Shown: positions 63,591 to 64,000 of the stretch, in pieces
How positions within the stretch are numbered: position 1 is the stretch's first letter
How the letters are laid out: every line of letters starts with the position of its first letter
Assembly: GCA_030265395.1 (NCBI GenBank)
Contig: JARFYF010000022.1
Coordinates: 30,646,561 to 30,710,560 of the forward strand
Source: Rhina ancylostomus
Taxonomy: Eukaryota
DNA length: 64,000 bases
Direction of reading: 5' to 3'
Translations under genes and position numbers: made by a program
The notes under the pieces: generated by a model
Seen by the model: the letters and a program-made list of their open reading frames with translations, nothing else
Told to the model about the DNA's origin: nothing
Databases searched by the model: none

Positions 63591-64000
63591 TATCACTACA
63601 CGCAGTGGAGGGTTTTAATTTACAATAAAGTATAGTGTGTCTGGAACTTAAAAGGATCTTACAAGCAACATTTCTACCGATTCTGGGAACTATATTGAAA
63701 TTTTAAACATCAAGTAAGTGATTTTCCCTTGACTAATATTATTTTCATATTAATATTTATTGTGTGCATTAAGCATAGATCCAACAGGTAATGAAATGTG
63801 ACTAGGGATTGCACGCAGTTCGAGACTATGCACACGGGTGCCTCCATGGCTATGCTTTATATATTGATACAACTTCAATGCAAACTCGTCAATCATATTA
63901 ACTCCGACCTCCGTATAAACTGTCACCTATCGCTACCTTATCAAATAGGAGTTTCTTCTCCAAAGCCGCTCCTATTATGATGCCGTCCTGCTGGTGGTTA

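Larger units (their letters stand above)
55640..64000. promoter_or_regulatory. CpG-enriched, repeat-poor domain (candidate non-methylated island or promoter-proximal region)
   Basis: CG dinucleotides are visibly far more frequent than in the first 55 kb (e.g. cggacgcgcc, gatcgcgcc, ctcgcgag, aacgcgtaa). I recognised no LINE or SINE here. Judged by eye, not counted. Confidence 0.65.

Noticed and set aside
1-64000. CRISPR arrays, operons or other prokaryotic systems
   Set aside because: No regularly spaced repeats and no gene-dense coding. The repeat content is vertebrate.

Overview
Eukaryotic, AT-rich, CpG-depleted vertebrate DNA from a gapped assembly (many N runs). The repeat content (V-SINE/HE1-like SINEs with CR1 tails, CR1, L2, Rex1/Babar, RTE, DeuSINE-like and Penelope-type repeats) points to a cartilaginous fish, probably a ray (inference). 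I cannot support any host protein-coding gene: the window reads as a large intron or intergenic region. It has several repeat-poor, motif-rich blocks that may be enhancers and a clear rise in CpG from about 55.6 kb to the end. The long ORFs in the track come from N gaps or TE fragments. The most interesting signal is a family of at least 9 short Penelope-like terminal-repeat elements that carry minimal hammerhead ribozyme motifs. They occur as head-to-head palindromes with 10-15 bp target-site duplications, as single arms, and as one tandem pair 321 bp apart (retrozyme-like). One copy (19067-19103) keeps a complete catalytic core with a compensatory change in stem I. Also notable: a Rex1/Babar LINE with a twin-priming-type 5' inversion, two probable ancient hAT transposase fossils, and a CCHC zinc-knuckle/protease-like fossil not annotated in the ORF track. 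All family assignments are by eye from remembered motifs; no alignments or searches were run.
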